64,000 nt of DNA, taken from NCBI RefSeq assembly GCF_006345805.1, contig NC_043016.1, forward strand, positions 4,960,001 to 5,024,000, in the 5' to 3' direction. Position 1 is the first letter of the stretch, and every line of letters starts with the position of its first letter. The notes under the pieces were generated by a model. It saw nothing but the letters and a program-made list of their open reading frames with translations, ran no database searches and was not told the origin of the DNA. Positions 37,598-49,173 of the stretch are shown in pieces. A program made the translations under genes and the position numbers. This DNA comes from Octopus sinensis. Taxonomy: Eukaryota.

Positions 37598-37920
37598 AAC
37601 AATTGCAGCGTGGAAGGTGTTTGTAAGCCATTTAAGAAACACACAAAAGCCGTTCGATTCAATTCAACATTTAAGTTTAATTTGTCAAAATATTTTCGGC
37701 GCTAAAATCCGCGACCTGTTCACTGACAAAAATCCGTGCTGCATCTGAGAAAGTAACTGTTAGTTCATGATATATATGTACGTATGTATGTGTGTATGTA
37801 TGCATACACGCATGTATGCATGCATGTATGTATGTAAGTATGTATGTATGTATGTATGTACGTACATACGCCTGTGTATGCATGTATGTATGTATGTATA
37901 TATGTATGTGTGTGTATATG
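37597..37920 (-). mobile_element. PLE family P1 3'-terminal fragment
   Basis: Matches 29217-29420 and 61001-61200, including the junction into (TATG)n. Confidence 0.85.
37681..37730 (-). ncRNA. Hammerhead-shaped motif with G3:C8 swapped core (GUGAACA)
   Basis: TTTGTCA-GTGAACA-GG(T)CGC-GGATTTTA-GCGCC-GAA-AATATT-T-TGACAAA. Confidence 0.65.
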
Positions 37921-38153
37921 CACGCACATACACACTATAAACATAAAGCTATAAACCTGTAGCGATGGATAGATGTAGAGTGACCACTCATCACAATAAT
38001 ATCAAATTTCAACCTCCCCCGCCGAAACTAGGAAGTGATTTACGACCCTCACCCCCAAAACAAAACCCTAAAACCTATTATCAAACATTTATCTCTATAT
38101 CACAGAACTATATGTATATATATGTATATATGTATATATATGTATATATATAT

Positions 38154-38217
<64 letters not shown>

Positions 38218-38389
38218 TGTATGTATGAATTTATGTGTTTGTGTGTGTGTAAAGGAAAGGCCATTCCAGATGTTTTAAGACTTCGTTTGGAAGAGGTAGT
38301 TATAATTATTCTAGATTATAGTTTTAGTATACCGTTACAATATATCGAATAAGATAGCCTCTGCCACATTTTGCTTTGAGATTGAAGGA

Positions 38390-38700
38390 GACGACTGTTA
38401 CAGCACTTTGAACGCATCCCCCCCAAAAAAAACACATTGCTTGAGATGGCTGAGATATGCATCTAAACCGCCGCCCCAGCCCACATCCTCCCTACAGTCT
38501 AGATCTTGCTTCCTGGCACTTTTGGTAGCCGACGCTGAAGGATAACCTAATTAGCAGTCGTTTTCAAGACACTGAGAAGAGGGTGGCATGACAGGCGTTC
38601 GGAACACTTTGGATTCGAAGAGTTCCATTGGCTTTCAGGACAAGGTACAGAGCTACAATAAGTGCACTGATGTAAGGGATCCCCATTTGAAGGAGATTAG
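38390..38700 (+). pseudogene. Mariner transposase C-terminal relic
   Basis: PHPPYSLDLASWHFW..LKDNL..RFQD. Confidence 0.55.
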
Positions 38701-38774
38701 AATCATGTCGTTCTCTGAAATAAATATGTTTCTCTTGAAAATGTCCCCAAATTTCCGGAATGCAAATCGCATAT

Positions 38775-38945
38775 ATATATATATCCCGGAAGACCTCCAC
38801 GACGGTGGAGTTACGATTTCAGGAGGACGATTGGGATCACGTGGATGAGAAAGGCGCGATCCAGAGAGAGTGGACAGCATGCTGTGACCAGCGGTGTCAA
38901 ATGGACGCCTGATGGACTGGTCGGTCAAGGTGATCAAGGTGATAT
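38775..38945 (+). mobile_element. RTE-type LINE 3' end
   Basis: PGRPPRRWSYDF..ITWMRKARSR, then TGTGACCAGCG..GGTCGGTCAAGGTGATCAAGGTGATA, homologous to the SINE C tail. Confidence 0.7.
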
Positions 38946-38973
38946 ATTATATATATAATATTATATATATATA

Positions 38974-39024
<51 letters not shown>

Positions 39025-39040
39025 TAATATATATATATAT

Positions 39041-39079
<39 letters not shown>

Positions 39080-39083
<4 letters not shown>

Positions 39084-39394
39084 AATAAGAAAATGGAGGA
39101 ACCAATTCATTTCGATCCTCAACTTACGGATATTACAATTCCACATTATTTATTATTATACAATGGGAACATGAAAATCGAACAAAACAATATACAGCAA
39201 TATGTATATAATAATAAAAATAAAAATGATTTGTATTATTTTTATTTTTATTATTATATTACATATTGATGTATATTGTATATTGTCTTGTTCGATTTTG
39301 ACGCTCCCATTGTATAATTAATAAATAATGTGAAATTGTAATATCCGTAAGTTGAGGATCGAAGTGAATTTGTTTCTCCATTTTCTTATTTGTA
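39080..39394. repeat. Imperfect fold-back (arms ~125 bp), PLE-like
   Basis: 39080-39205 is roughly the reverse complement of 39262-39394; followed by AATTTACGGTAA as at ~14952. Confidence 0.8.
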
Positions 39395-39568
39395 TTACGA
39401 ATTTACGGTAAAATAATTTTTTACCTTCACCCATTCAATACAATGAATTAATTAATTGCATTGCAATTAAAAGCATTTATGTATTTAGTATTTGGGTACT
39501 TTACCTGCAGTATATTGCATAACTGATATCCCATAGTGGGTAACTTTCATAACCCTATCTTACTTTAC

Positions 39569-39631
<63 letters not shown>

Positions 39632-40317
39632 TATATATATTAATATATTATATATATATATTATATATATATATATAATGAAGAAGAAAATGGCGATAGT
39701 AAAGTTAATAAGAGCTTATTAACAAATAATCGATCATTATCCCTTACAACTGTTTTAATTATCATAGTGAATTATTGAATATAAGTTGATATTTCTGAGC
39801 ATAATCTCTTCAGAGGGGAAAAATATACCCTTAGATGCTTTGTATGTTTGTCTCTAGATTCGAAACAGCAGAGTCTGCTGCGATGAATCTATCAACAAAC
39901 ATACAAAACAAATGATTCTTGACAAAGACAAGTCCAATATTTTTCGACCATCGATTTGCCGAAAGAATCGTTTAACACAAATGACGATGCCTTCATGTAG
40001 ATAGAATGAGAAGGTTTTTGCCTATATATGAGTATGAGTACATGTGTGTGTACGTGTGCGTGTGTGTGTATACGTACACACACTATTTCGATACACGCTT
40101 AAAAAAAACGCAAATACAGCATATACGATGTGAGAGCGAGAAGAAAAATTGAGAGTATATATAATAGAATATATACGCTTGTTTGTGCTGGTAACTATAA
40201 ATATACAGTTACGTATGGATGCTTATAAACATACATACGTACGCACGTAAATACGTACATAAATGTATACACAAGCATACACATATACACACAGACACAC
40301 TCGCACACACACACAGA

Positions 40318-40542
40318 CGCACACAGACACAGTGACACACACACACATATATATACATATATATATATACCTGTATACATATATTATTCATAGACATACA
40401 CATTACCAAGTCACTATTCATATACGTATGTATATCAATATATCACAGATACGTATAGCTATAAAATGTACTTATATACAAAAGTATGAACGTATGCACG
40501 TATACAATATATATATATATCTATATGTCTATATATATATAC

Positions 40543-40578
<36 letters not shown>

Positions 40579-41074
40579 TATATGTACATGAATGTATGTA
40601 TATCTATATATATATATATATATATTATTGTATATGACTTATGTATGTCTAATATATATATATATATATGTACATGAATGTATGTATGTCTATATATATA
40701 TAAAAATATATATATATAATAATATATATATATATTATATATATATATATTATATATATGTATATGAATGTATGTTGTCTATATCTATATATATAATATC
40801 TATATATATATATATTATATAATATAAGCTATATATATATATATGTCTATATATACATATATATATGATATTATGAGAGAAAGTAGAGGCAGCCATAGAC
40901 TGAAATTATGTTAACCGCCCTTTAGGAGATGCTTATCAACAGATATCAGGCAACCATGACACTAAAACACATATCTGATCTATTTCGGTTGAAAATGGTT
41001 TCTGTTCGTGTTTAATCTCACGCAACTCCTTCCTTCCAAAACTCATTTTATTTTTCCTTCTTCAAAACATTTTG
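40318..41074. repeat. Dispersed duplicated block, copy 2 (copy 1 at 9831-10416)
   Basis: See copy 1. Confidence 0.9.
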
Positions 41075-41172
41075 TATACAGCAGTCTAAAACCTTAAATA
41101 CAACCAACGGTGCATAATATATTTACTAGTATTATGTATGTATTATATGTATATAATATATATATATATATA

Positions 41173-41301
41173 GGCGCAGAGTGACTGCTAGGCAAGTGTC
41201 CTTTTACTGTAGCCTCGGCCCGATCAAAGCCTTGTGAGTGGATTTCGTAGTCGGAAACTGAAGGAAACCCCTCGGATATATATGTATGTTATAATATATA
41301 G

Positions 41302-41336
<35 letters not shown>

Positions 41337-41420
41337 TATATATGTATGTGTGTGTATATTTTTGTGTGTCTGTGCTTGTCCCCCCAACATCGCTTGAAAA
41401 CCGATTGGTGTGTGTTTACG
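41173..41420 (+). mobile_element. SINE family A, deleted/partial
   Basis: GGCGCAGAG..GGCAAGTGTC..CCTTGTGAGTGGATTT..GTCCCCC. Confidence 0.75.
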
Positions 41421-41539
41421 TACCCGTACATACATATATAATTACACATATTGATAGTGTGTATATGTATATATGTATATATATGGAGATTTATATATAC
41501 ATGTGTGTATATATATATATATATATGTTATATTATATC

Positions 41540-41570
<31 letters not shown>

Positions 41571-41637
41571 GTTAAGATCTGCTAGTAGTCGGATGTAACA
41601 TATAGTCCCACATCGCTGCAGACCTCGATTAAATTCA

Positions 41638-41717
41638 GGCGACTCGCTGATGAAGCTGGCCTTAGCAACATATTCTGTGTTTTGCTAGAAAGAAGCAGAA
41701 ACCGCGTACGAGTTGTT
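41638..41717 (+). ncRNA. Type I hammerhead motif, copy 1
   Basis: GGCGACTCG-CTGATGA-A-GCT..TAGCAA/TTGCTA..AGC-A-GAA-ACCGCGT-A-CGAGTTGTT; GUA site at 41708. Confidence 0.78.
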
Positions 41718-42078
41718 AAAGTTATCGGTAAACGTTTTTGATTTCACTCTCGATAAATTCATCCCCTTTTTATGTTCCCAGCACTCGGCATTTTATTTAG
41801 GAGCCCTTAATTGTATAACTACATGAATAATATTTTTCTATATGAATAATATTTTTGTCTTATGACTAATTCGTCTTTTGTGCTGGGCACCTGGTAGTAA
41901 ATAATATTACTACCCTTCTTGTTTATATTCGCATACTACATGATGAATTTATTCGTAAAATTCTTCCCGGCATGCCCGTGTAAATTGCGTCTGCGCGCAG
42001 AGATTTGAAAAGTTAAGATCTGCTAGTAGTCGGATGTAACATATAGTCCCACATCGCTGCAGACCTCGATTAAATTCA

Positions 42079-42160
42079 GGCGACTCGCTGATGAAGCTGG
42101 CCTTAGCAAACATATTCTGTGTTTTGCTAGAAAGAAGCAGAAACCGCGGTACGAGTTGTT
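42079..42160 (+). ncRNA. Type I hammerhead motif, copy 2
   Basis: As copy 1 but with perfect palindromic stem III ACCGCGGT; GUA site at 42151. Confidence 0.82.
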
Positions 42161-42368
42161 AAAGTTATCGGTAAACGTTTTTGATTTTCACTCTCGATAA
42201 ATTCATCCCCTTTTTATGTTCCCAGCACTCGGCATCTTTATTTAGGAGCCCTTAATTGTATAACTACATGAATAATATTTTTGTCTTATGACTAATTCGT
42301 CTTTTGTGCTGGGCACCTGGTAGTAAATAATATTACTACCCTTCTTGTTTATATATATATATATATAT

Positions 42369-42766
42369 ACTCTTTTACTCTTACTTGTTTCAATCATTTG
42401 ACTGCGGCCATGCTGGAGCACCACCTTTAGTCGAGCAATTCGACCCCGGGGCTTATTCTTTGTAAGCCCAGTACTTATTCTATCAGTCTCTTTTGCCGAA
42501 CCGCTAAGTGACAGGGACGTAACACACCAGCATCGGTTGTCAAGCAATGCTAGGGGGACAAACACAAACACACACACATATATACATATATATACATATA
42601 TACGACGGGCTTCTTTTCAGTTTCCGTCTACCAAATCCACTCACAAGGCATTGGTCGGCCCGGGGCTATAGCAGAAGACAATTGCCCAAGATGCCACGCA
42701 GTGGGACTGAACCCGGAACCATGTGGTTGGTTAGCAAGCTACTTACCACACAGCCACTCCTGCGCC
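42369..42766 (-). mobile_element. SINE family A
   Basis: Full match. Confidence 0.9.
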
Positions 42767-42788
42767 TGTGTATATATATATATATATA

Positions 42789-43178
42789 TTCTTTACTCTT
42801 TTACTTGTTTCAGTCATTTGACTGTGGCCATGCTAGAGCACCACCTTTAGTCGAACAAATCGAAACCGAGGACTTATTCTTTGTAAGCCGAACCGCTAAG
42901 TTACGGGGATGTAAACACACCAGCATCGGTTGTCAAGTGATGTTGGTGGGGACAAACGCAGACACACAAATATATATACACACACATACATATACGCATT
43001 CATATATATACATATAAACGACGGGCTTCTTTCAGTTTCCGCCTACCAAATCCGCTCACAAGGCTTTGGTCGGCCTGAGGCTATAGTAGAAGACACTTGC
43101 CCAAGGTGCCACGCAGTGGGACTGAACCCGGAACCATGTGGTTAGTAAGCAAGCTACTTACCACACAGCCAATCCTGC
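42789..43178 (-). mobile_element. SINE family A (adjacent second copy, internal deletion)
   Basis: Full match apart from a ~35-bp deletion. Confidence 0.9.
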
Positions 43179-43794
43179 ATCAATATATACATACAGAAAT
43201 GTATAAATTTGCTTATTCATATACATATACACATCTATATAATTATATATGCACGCATGTGCTAATATATATACACACATACATAATGTATCCATGTATA
43301 TATGTGTATGTGTACGTATGTATGTATGTATGTATGTATGTATGTATGTATGTATGTATGTATTTATGTATGTATGTATGTATGCATGCATGTATGTATG
43401 TATGTGTGTATGTATGTATGTATGTATGTATGTATGTGTGTGTGTGTGTGTGTGTGTATGCATGCATGCATGTATGTAGGTATGTATGTATGTGTGTGTG
43501 TATGCATGCATGTATGTATGTATGTTTATATGTATGTATGTATGTATGTGTCTGTATGCATGCATGTATGTATTATGTACGTATGTATGTATGTATGTAT
43601 GTATGTATGTATGTATGTATGTATGTATGTATGTATGTGTGTGAGTGTGTGCATGCATGCTTGTATGTGTGTATGTATGTATTGAAATTGAAAACAGAGA
43701 AAATTATAATTAGTACTTTAATGCGATTTCTGGAAACACGTGTATAATGCTGGGAGCCTGAATAACTGATTATGCTGTCACGGTAATATGGAAA

Positions 43795-43990
43795 GCGGCG
43801 GGCTGGCAAGAATCACTCGTACGTCGTGCAAAATACCTTGCGGTAGTCCTTTCAGACATATGGTCCCTTTCAGACAAATTGCGGGAGGTCGACTGTACTT
43901 TTCATCCTTTTAGGGTCGATAGAAGAAGAATCAATCCACCACTGGGGTCGAGCTAGTCAACGATGGCCCAGCCCCCGAAATTGCTGACGT
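43795..43990 (+). mobile_element. Old, diverged SINE B-like copy
   Basis: GCGGCGGGCTGGCAAGAATC head; GAGGTCGAC..TTTCATCCTTTTAGGGTCGATA..ACTGGGGTCGA. Confidence 0.65.
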
Positions 43991-44295
43991 TTTTTTTACC
44001 AATCATACAAATTACTGTAGCATCGCTCGAATTCCACATTCTAGCCTCCTGGGAGATTTCTTGTTTTTAGTCGGAATGTGCTGAATATACGGATGGGGAA
44101 TGGAAATTTCTACTGAACCCAAAGTTTTAGAATCGCGTCGATCCTTGCAGCAAACGTCTGAACGTTGCTATACATGCGCTTTCGTGTGCGACCGCACGCG
44201 CGCACGCACACACACACACATACACACCTATACATATGTACATATGTATAGGTGTGTATATGTACACACACACGCACGCAATATATATATATATA

Positions 44296-44606
44296 TATCA
44301 CCGTGATCACCGTGACCGCCCAAGCTATCAGATGTTGCTACTCATCGCTGGTCACAATGCGCTTCGCATTGTTTTAGCCTCCAAATGACGCCACCCCGCT
44401 GGCTAAGCGAGCAGGCCAACAGAAGAAAGAGTGAGAGAAAGTTGTGGCGAAAGAATACAGCAGGGATCGCCACCACCCCCTGCCGGAGCCTCGTGGAGCT
44501 TTTTAGGTGTTTTTGCTCAATAAACACTCACAACTCCCGGTCTGGGAATCGAAACTGCGATCCTACGACCACAAGTCCGCTGCCCTAACCATTGGGCCAT
44601 TGCGCC
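44296..44606 (-). mobile_element. SINE family C (RTE-type tail)
   Basis: Reverse-complement match to 11611-11918. Confidence 0.9.
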
Positions 44607-44673
44607 TCCTCACGTGTATGTATATATATATATATATGCATATATACACAGATATGTATTACAGGTACATTTA

Positions 44674-44885
44674 TATGAGGAGGTACTGAAAAGCTCCTGA
44701 TTTTAAGGCTATCGTTAAAGGCAAGGCTGGAGGCCCGACGTTTCGACTTCTTTTACTGAGCTTACAACGAGTCATGGGCCACTGCAGTATGTGAATCTGA
44801 GGGGTGAATATGTTGAATAAAATCATAACTGATCCTCCTAGATGTAATTTTACCCAAAGCCAGGGATATTTCAGTACCACTCGTA
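44674..44885 (+). mobile_element. Mariner-derived MITE (~210 bp)
   Basis: Imperfect TIRs TATGAGGAGGTACTGAAAAGCTCCTG / CAGGGATATTTCAGTACCACTCGTA; retains transposase end GEYVE-stop. Confidence 0.7.
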
Positions 44886-45427
44886 CACACACACACACAC
44901 ACATTAATGATATATATAACGCACAAACAGAGCCTGAGAGATTGCTTTAATGTACATGGCATTTTTTATAAATATGTCTGTTCAGTTATGATAAAAGCAT
45001 ACAAATATTAGTAGCTCTTTTAGCTGTGTATTTAAATTGATATATTTATCTCTCACTGAACTATTCCCATCATACAGTTATTTCCGGCTTCTCCTAGTTT
45101 TTTTTATCACTTACTTACCTCATAGCGTAAATATAAAAAATAGTAAATATATTTTAAGAATTCTTAAATGTTAATATGAATTATCTCCCCTATACTGGAG
45201 CTCTCAAGGTTTGGATATACTTCTTCACTTGGAAGCCACGATTAATTCGCGGCAAGGAATTACCAAAAAGTTAAGTAAAATTTCTTTTTCTTATTTTTAT
45301 TATTTTTATTCCTCATTTTTGTTCCTTATTTAGTAATAAAAAATTATTTCGGCGATTTCTTGTTGTATAATTGGGATTGTAATATCTTTATATTGGATGT
45401 AAATAGTAAAATAGTTTTATATAATCC

Positions 45428-45530
45428 AGACCTGAAGATTGGCAGTATAGTCGGATTGATATGGTACTGAATTTCGAGACCTTCTATTTCAGCAATATCG
45501 GTAGATATTGTCACGAAACGCACGTAGTCT
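45428..45530 (+). ncRNA. Type I hammerhead motif with long stem II loop
   Basis: AGAC-CTGAAGA-T-TGGCAGTAT..ATATTGTCA-C-GAA-ACGCACGT-A-GTCT; GUA site at 45526. Confidence 0.72.
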
Positions 45531-45646
45531 ATATGATTTAATATAGGATTCAGAATAAGAGTTGTAGATATTAATTTTGATAAAATTTAATATTATATAT
45601 CTCTATCATAGATAGATTGAGTTGCTTGAATGTGGTTCTGTCTCTT

Positions 45647-45704
<58 letters not shown>

Positions 45705-45705
45705 C

Positions 45706-45738
<33 letters not shown>

Positions 45739-45855
45739 GTGTGTGTGTGTGTAATAATTCGTTTAGTAGCACTTAAAGGGAGCAATTCGTTTAGTACCAC
45801 TAAATTGAATTTCTTCCCTTGTGGAGGTCGGAAATAACTTCCTTAATATTAATCG

Positions 45856-45914
<59 letters not shown>

Positions 45915-45919
45915 ACGCG

Positions 45920-46115
45920 TGTGTATCGTTGGTCATTTTTTTCCTCCGTCTTCCGTTCCTTGAATCTTTCCTTTTCCTATGTTTCTGACGAAGATCCCCG
46001 TTCGAAACGTTAAAATCCTCCTCTTTCTTTTCCTTTCCTGACCGTCCAATACACTATACTTATTCCACGTCCTCGCGTTGGTTGTGTTTTTCGTTTGTGT
46101 TTTTCATGTTTGGAT

Positions 46116-46118
<3 letters not shown>
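45920..46118 (+). mobile_element. Short pLTR-like repeat containing a minimal hammerhead (45981-46015)
   Basis: GTTT-CTGACGA-A-GATCCCCGTTC-GAA-ACGT-T-AAA; lies between TG and TA microsatellites. Confidence 0.6.
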
Positions 46119-46150
<32 letters not shown>

Positions 46151-46293
46151 TATATATATACCAAACTAAGGTTATAGAACAAACAAATGTAAGGTCATCC
46201 ACATAACATTTCATAACTCTAACATTAATCATAGAATATACATTTAGATATCACGGGAAGATGGAATATATATATAGATATTACACACACACG

Positions 46294-46330
<37 letters not shown>

Positions 46331-46360
46331 ACACATATATATATATATATATATTATATA

Positions 46361-46396
<36 letters not shown>

Positions 46397-46406
46397 AAAT
46401 ATCTTA

Positions 46407-46984
46407 CACACTAAGAGGAGAGCCACTAAGTGGTCCCCTTATATGCTGAAGGGAGATGTCAAACCCCCAACCCACGAGAAATACACTTTTATTTATTTTA
46501 AGGTCTACGAACAATTTTACGTATGCTGGCCACTGATATTAATTATTATTTTTAATAATTTGTACCCTTTATATAATTATATTTAAAAATTTTAAGTCTT
46601 GAGTCGGATAATTTACTCCTGAATTTTTATTCACTGCTACTTTTTTTCAGGCTTGGCGCGTTGATGGAAGGCATTTGAATTGAATTTACTACGTATAGCG
46701 TAAACACTCGATATGCATGTGTGTCCTTAGAGATATGGTATGTATTTGAATTTTATAATTATACATCTCCAGCAGTTTCTACTAAAGATCCGCAGATAAT
46801 ATATTTAATTATTAATGGTGAAACCTTGAAGTATAGAAATAGCTGGTCTTTTTAACTTTTTAAAATTGTCATGCCCGCTTACATTCAACGTGCTATAAAT
46901 AAGAATGTATTTTTCGTGGTTTGAGGATTTGACATCTCTTTTCAGTGTGTAAGGAGACCATTTAGTGGTTCTCCTCTTAGTGTG
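46407..46984. mobile_element. MITE with ~85-bp imperfect TIRs, TA flanks
   Basis: TA|CACACTAAGAGGAGAGCCACTAAGTGGTC.. / ..GACCATTTAGTGGTTCTCCTCTTAGTGTG|TA. Confidence 0.8.
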
Positions 46985-47055
46985 TAATTTCTACACACGT
47001 ATATATTTTCTTTTATTTATTTCAGTTATTTGACTGCGGCCATGCTGGAGCAAGT

Positions 47056-47428
47056 GAAGTCGAATGACAAAACGATGCTGATTTATTTGATTGATGTGAA
47101 TGGAATTGTCCACACAGAATTTATTCCTCCTGGGTCAAATTGTTAGCCAGGCATTTTACTTGGCAGTTCTGAAGCGTTTGTGAGACACGGGGGGATGAAA
47201 ATGCCCCGACCAGTGGAAAAGTAGGGTGTGGTGGTTTCATCATGACAATGCGCCTGAGCACACCGCCTTAGTGTTGGACAGTTTGTGATCAAAAATGGCA
47301 TGACCCCGCTTATCGACCTCCCTATTCACCCGATTTTACTCCCTGTAACATTTTTTTTTGTGCTCCCGAATGAAAAAAGTCCCTAAAGGGATCACTTCAG
47401 AAAAGTTCCAGAGCTTCTTGCAACAGTG
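47056..47428 (+). pseudogene. Mariner transposase fragment (same family as 26656-27698)
   Basis: EFIPPG, WWFHHDNAPEHT, PYSPD; DNA similarity to 27090-27470. Confidence 0.8.
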
Positions 47429-47604
47429 GGCGCAGGAGTGGCTGTGTGGTAAGTAGCTTGTTTACCAACCACATGGTCCCGGGTTCAGTCCCACTGCGTG
47501 GCACCTTGGGCAAGTGTCTTCTACTATAGCCTCGGGCCGACCAAAGCCTTGTGAGTGGATTTGGTAAACGGAAAACTGAAAGAAGTCCGTCGTATATATG
47601 TATA
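47429..47604 (+). mobile_element. SINE family A 5' half (3' half at 49658-49912)
   Basis: Stops in its internal TA tract at the Helitron 3' end. Confidence 0.88.
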
Positions 47605-47670
47605 CTAGCTGAAGGTGACCCGCTCTACGCGCGGGTAAGAGTGTGGTTGTTACTTTCTGTTGCTTCCTTT

Positions 47671-47987
47671 CAGCACGTAAAAAGCACCATCCGAACGTGG
47701 CGGATTGCAGCGCCGCCTTGACTGGCTTCTGTGCTGGTGGCACGTAAAAAGCACTAACCGATCGTGGGCGCTGCCAGCCCCCCCTGGCACCTGTGCAGGC
47801 GGCACGAAAGAAGCACCCACTACGCTCACAGAGTGGTTGGCGTTAGGAAGGGCATCCACCTGTCGAAACACTGCCAGATCAGACTGGAGCCTGGTGCAGC
47901 CTCCTGGCTTCCCAGACCCCTGTCAAACTGTCCAACCCGTGCTAGCACGGAAAACGGACGTTAAACGATGATGATGATGATGATGAT
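47671..47987 (+). mobile_element. RTE LINE-type 3' end with (GAT)n tail, nested in the Helitron
   Basis: GGCGTTAGGAAGGGCATCC..CCAACCCGTGCTAGCACGGAAAACGGACGTTAAAC(GAT)n. Confidence 0.75.
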
Positions 47988-48676
47988 TCTCCCTCTTTGT
48001 TTCTTTCTCCTTTCTCTCTCACTTTCTCCCACTCTCTTACTCTTCCTTTCTCTCGGACTCTCCCTCGCTTCTCTTACTCTCTATCTTTATGTATCTCTCT
48101 CCCATTTATAAACAACAAAAGATCTTGAGTAAGTTGAGAAATAAAATATTTAGAAAGATCAATCATAAATATCAGGCAGTAACAACGGAAAAGTCTGCTT
48201 CAAGACAGACAGCAAAACACTAACATTTAAAAGGGACAGACGAACTTGCGAGCTGAATAAAAATAATAAAATATTGGAAACCAAAGTTTGAAGGGATAGA
48301 ATTTGAGGATAGTAGAGTCACCATGGCTGGCATTTCTTAACGACGGACAGCAACGTATTGACAGTTCAACGGCTGGCGTAAAATTTTGAACTTGATGTAA
48401 AGAAAATCCCTAAAAACCAAGTTTTGAATTGATTCTTTCTCACGACAGTAGACTCACAATGGCAAGCATTCAAAACTTCTTCATCATGGACGGCAACACA
48501 TTGACGATTAAAAGGCTGGCGCAAATTTTTTAGCTTGATGTAACAGAGAATTGCTAAACACCCGCTCCTTTAAATTTTAATCCCCTTCCAGCCCCATTTA
48601 GACCCCTTTTCACATTTTGTTAATATAACCCGATTTCATTTGGGTCTACTGGGGCCACATTTATAAGATGAGGACC

Positions 48677-48870
48677 AACCAAGTTTCCCAAGTTCTGGTC
48701 ATAGACCATAGAACACTCAACCAAGTTTCCCGAGTTCTGGTCATAGACCATAGAACAGTCAAGCAAGTTTCCCGAGTTCTGGTCATAGACCATAGAACAC
48801 TCAACCAAGTTTCCCGAGTTCTGGTCATAGACCATAGAACACTCAACCAAGTTTCCCGAGTTCTGGTCAT
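48677..48870. repeat. 42-bp tandem array (~4.6 copies), each unit a hairpin
   Basis: Unit AACCAAGTTTCCCGAGTTCTGGTCATAGACCATAGAACACTC; starts at 48677, 48719, 48761, 48803, 48845. Confidence 0.95.
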
Positions 48871-49126
48871 TTGCAGAATAAATAGAGACGGCGGAGGTGG
48901 CAGACGTCGTTGCAATGTAAACATGATTTGTTATAAGAGAAAGATTGTCCAGATTGTGTGTTGGTGGTGGTGGTGGCGATGATAATTATCATTAGGAAAA
49001 AGAGTGAGTGCGTGAGGAAGACATACATAAGTTGTGGCGATGATAATTGTAGACCCCTTTTCACATTTGATGAAGAGAACCCGATTTCATTCGGGTGTAC
49101 TGGGGCCACATATAGGTGTGTGTGTG

Positions 49127-49173
<47 letters not shown>

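Larger units (their letters stand above)
41567..42354 (+). mobile_element. ~1.8-mer tandem of a ~441-bp hammerhead-bearing unit (retrozyme-like or PLE pLTR tandem) inside (TA)n
   Basis: 41567-41928 repeated at 42007-42354 with a ~78-bp spacer; period 441 bp; no coding signature. Confidence 0.9.

Noticed and set aside
39340-39375. TTGAGGA-TC-GAA as a hammerhead
   Set aside because: No room for stem II, and no convincing stems I or III.
39790-39910. CTGAGCA..GAAACAGCAG hammerhead-like relic and small fold-back
   Set aside because: Core and stem I broken; too decayed to call.
48677-48870. CRISPR-like regular repeat
   Set aside because: Units are contiguous with no variable spacers; eukaryotic context; no cas genes.
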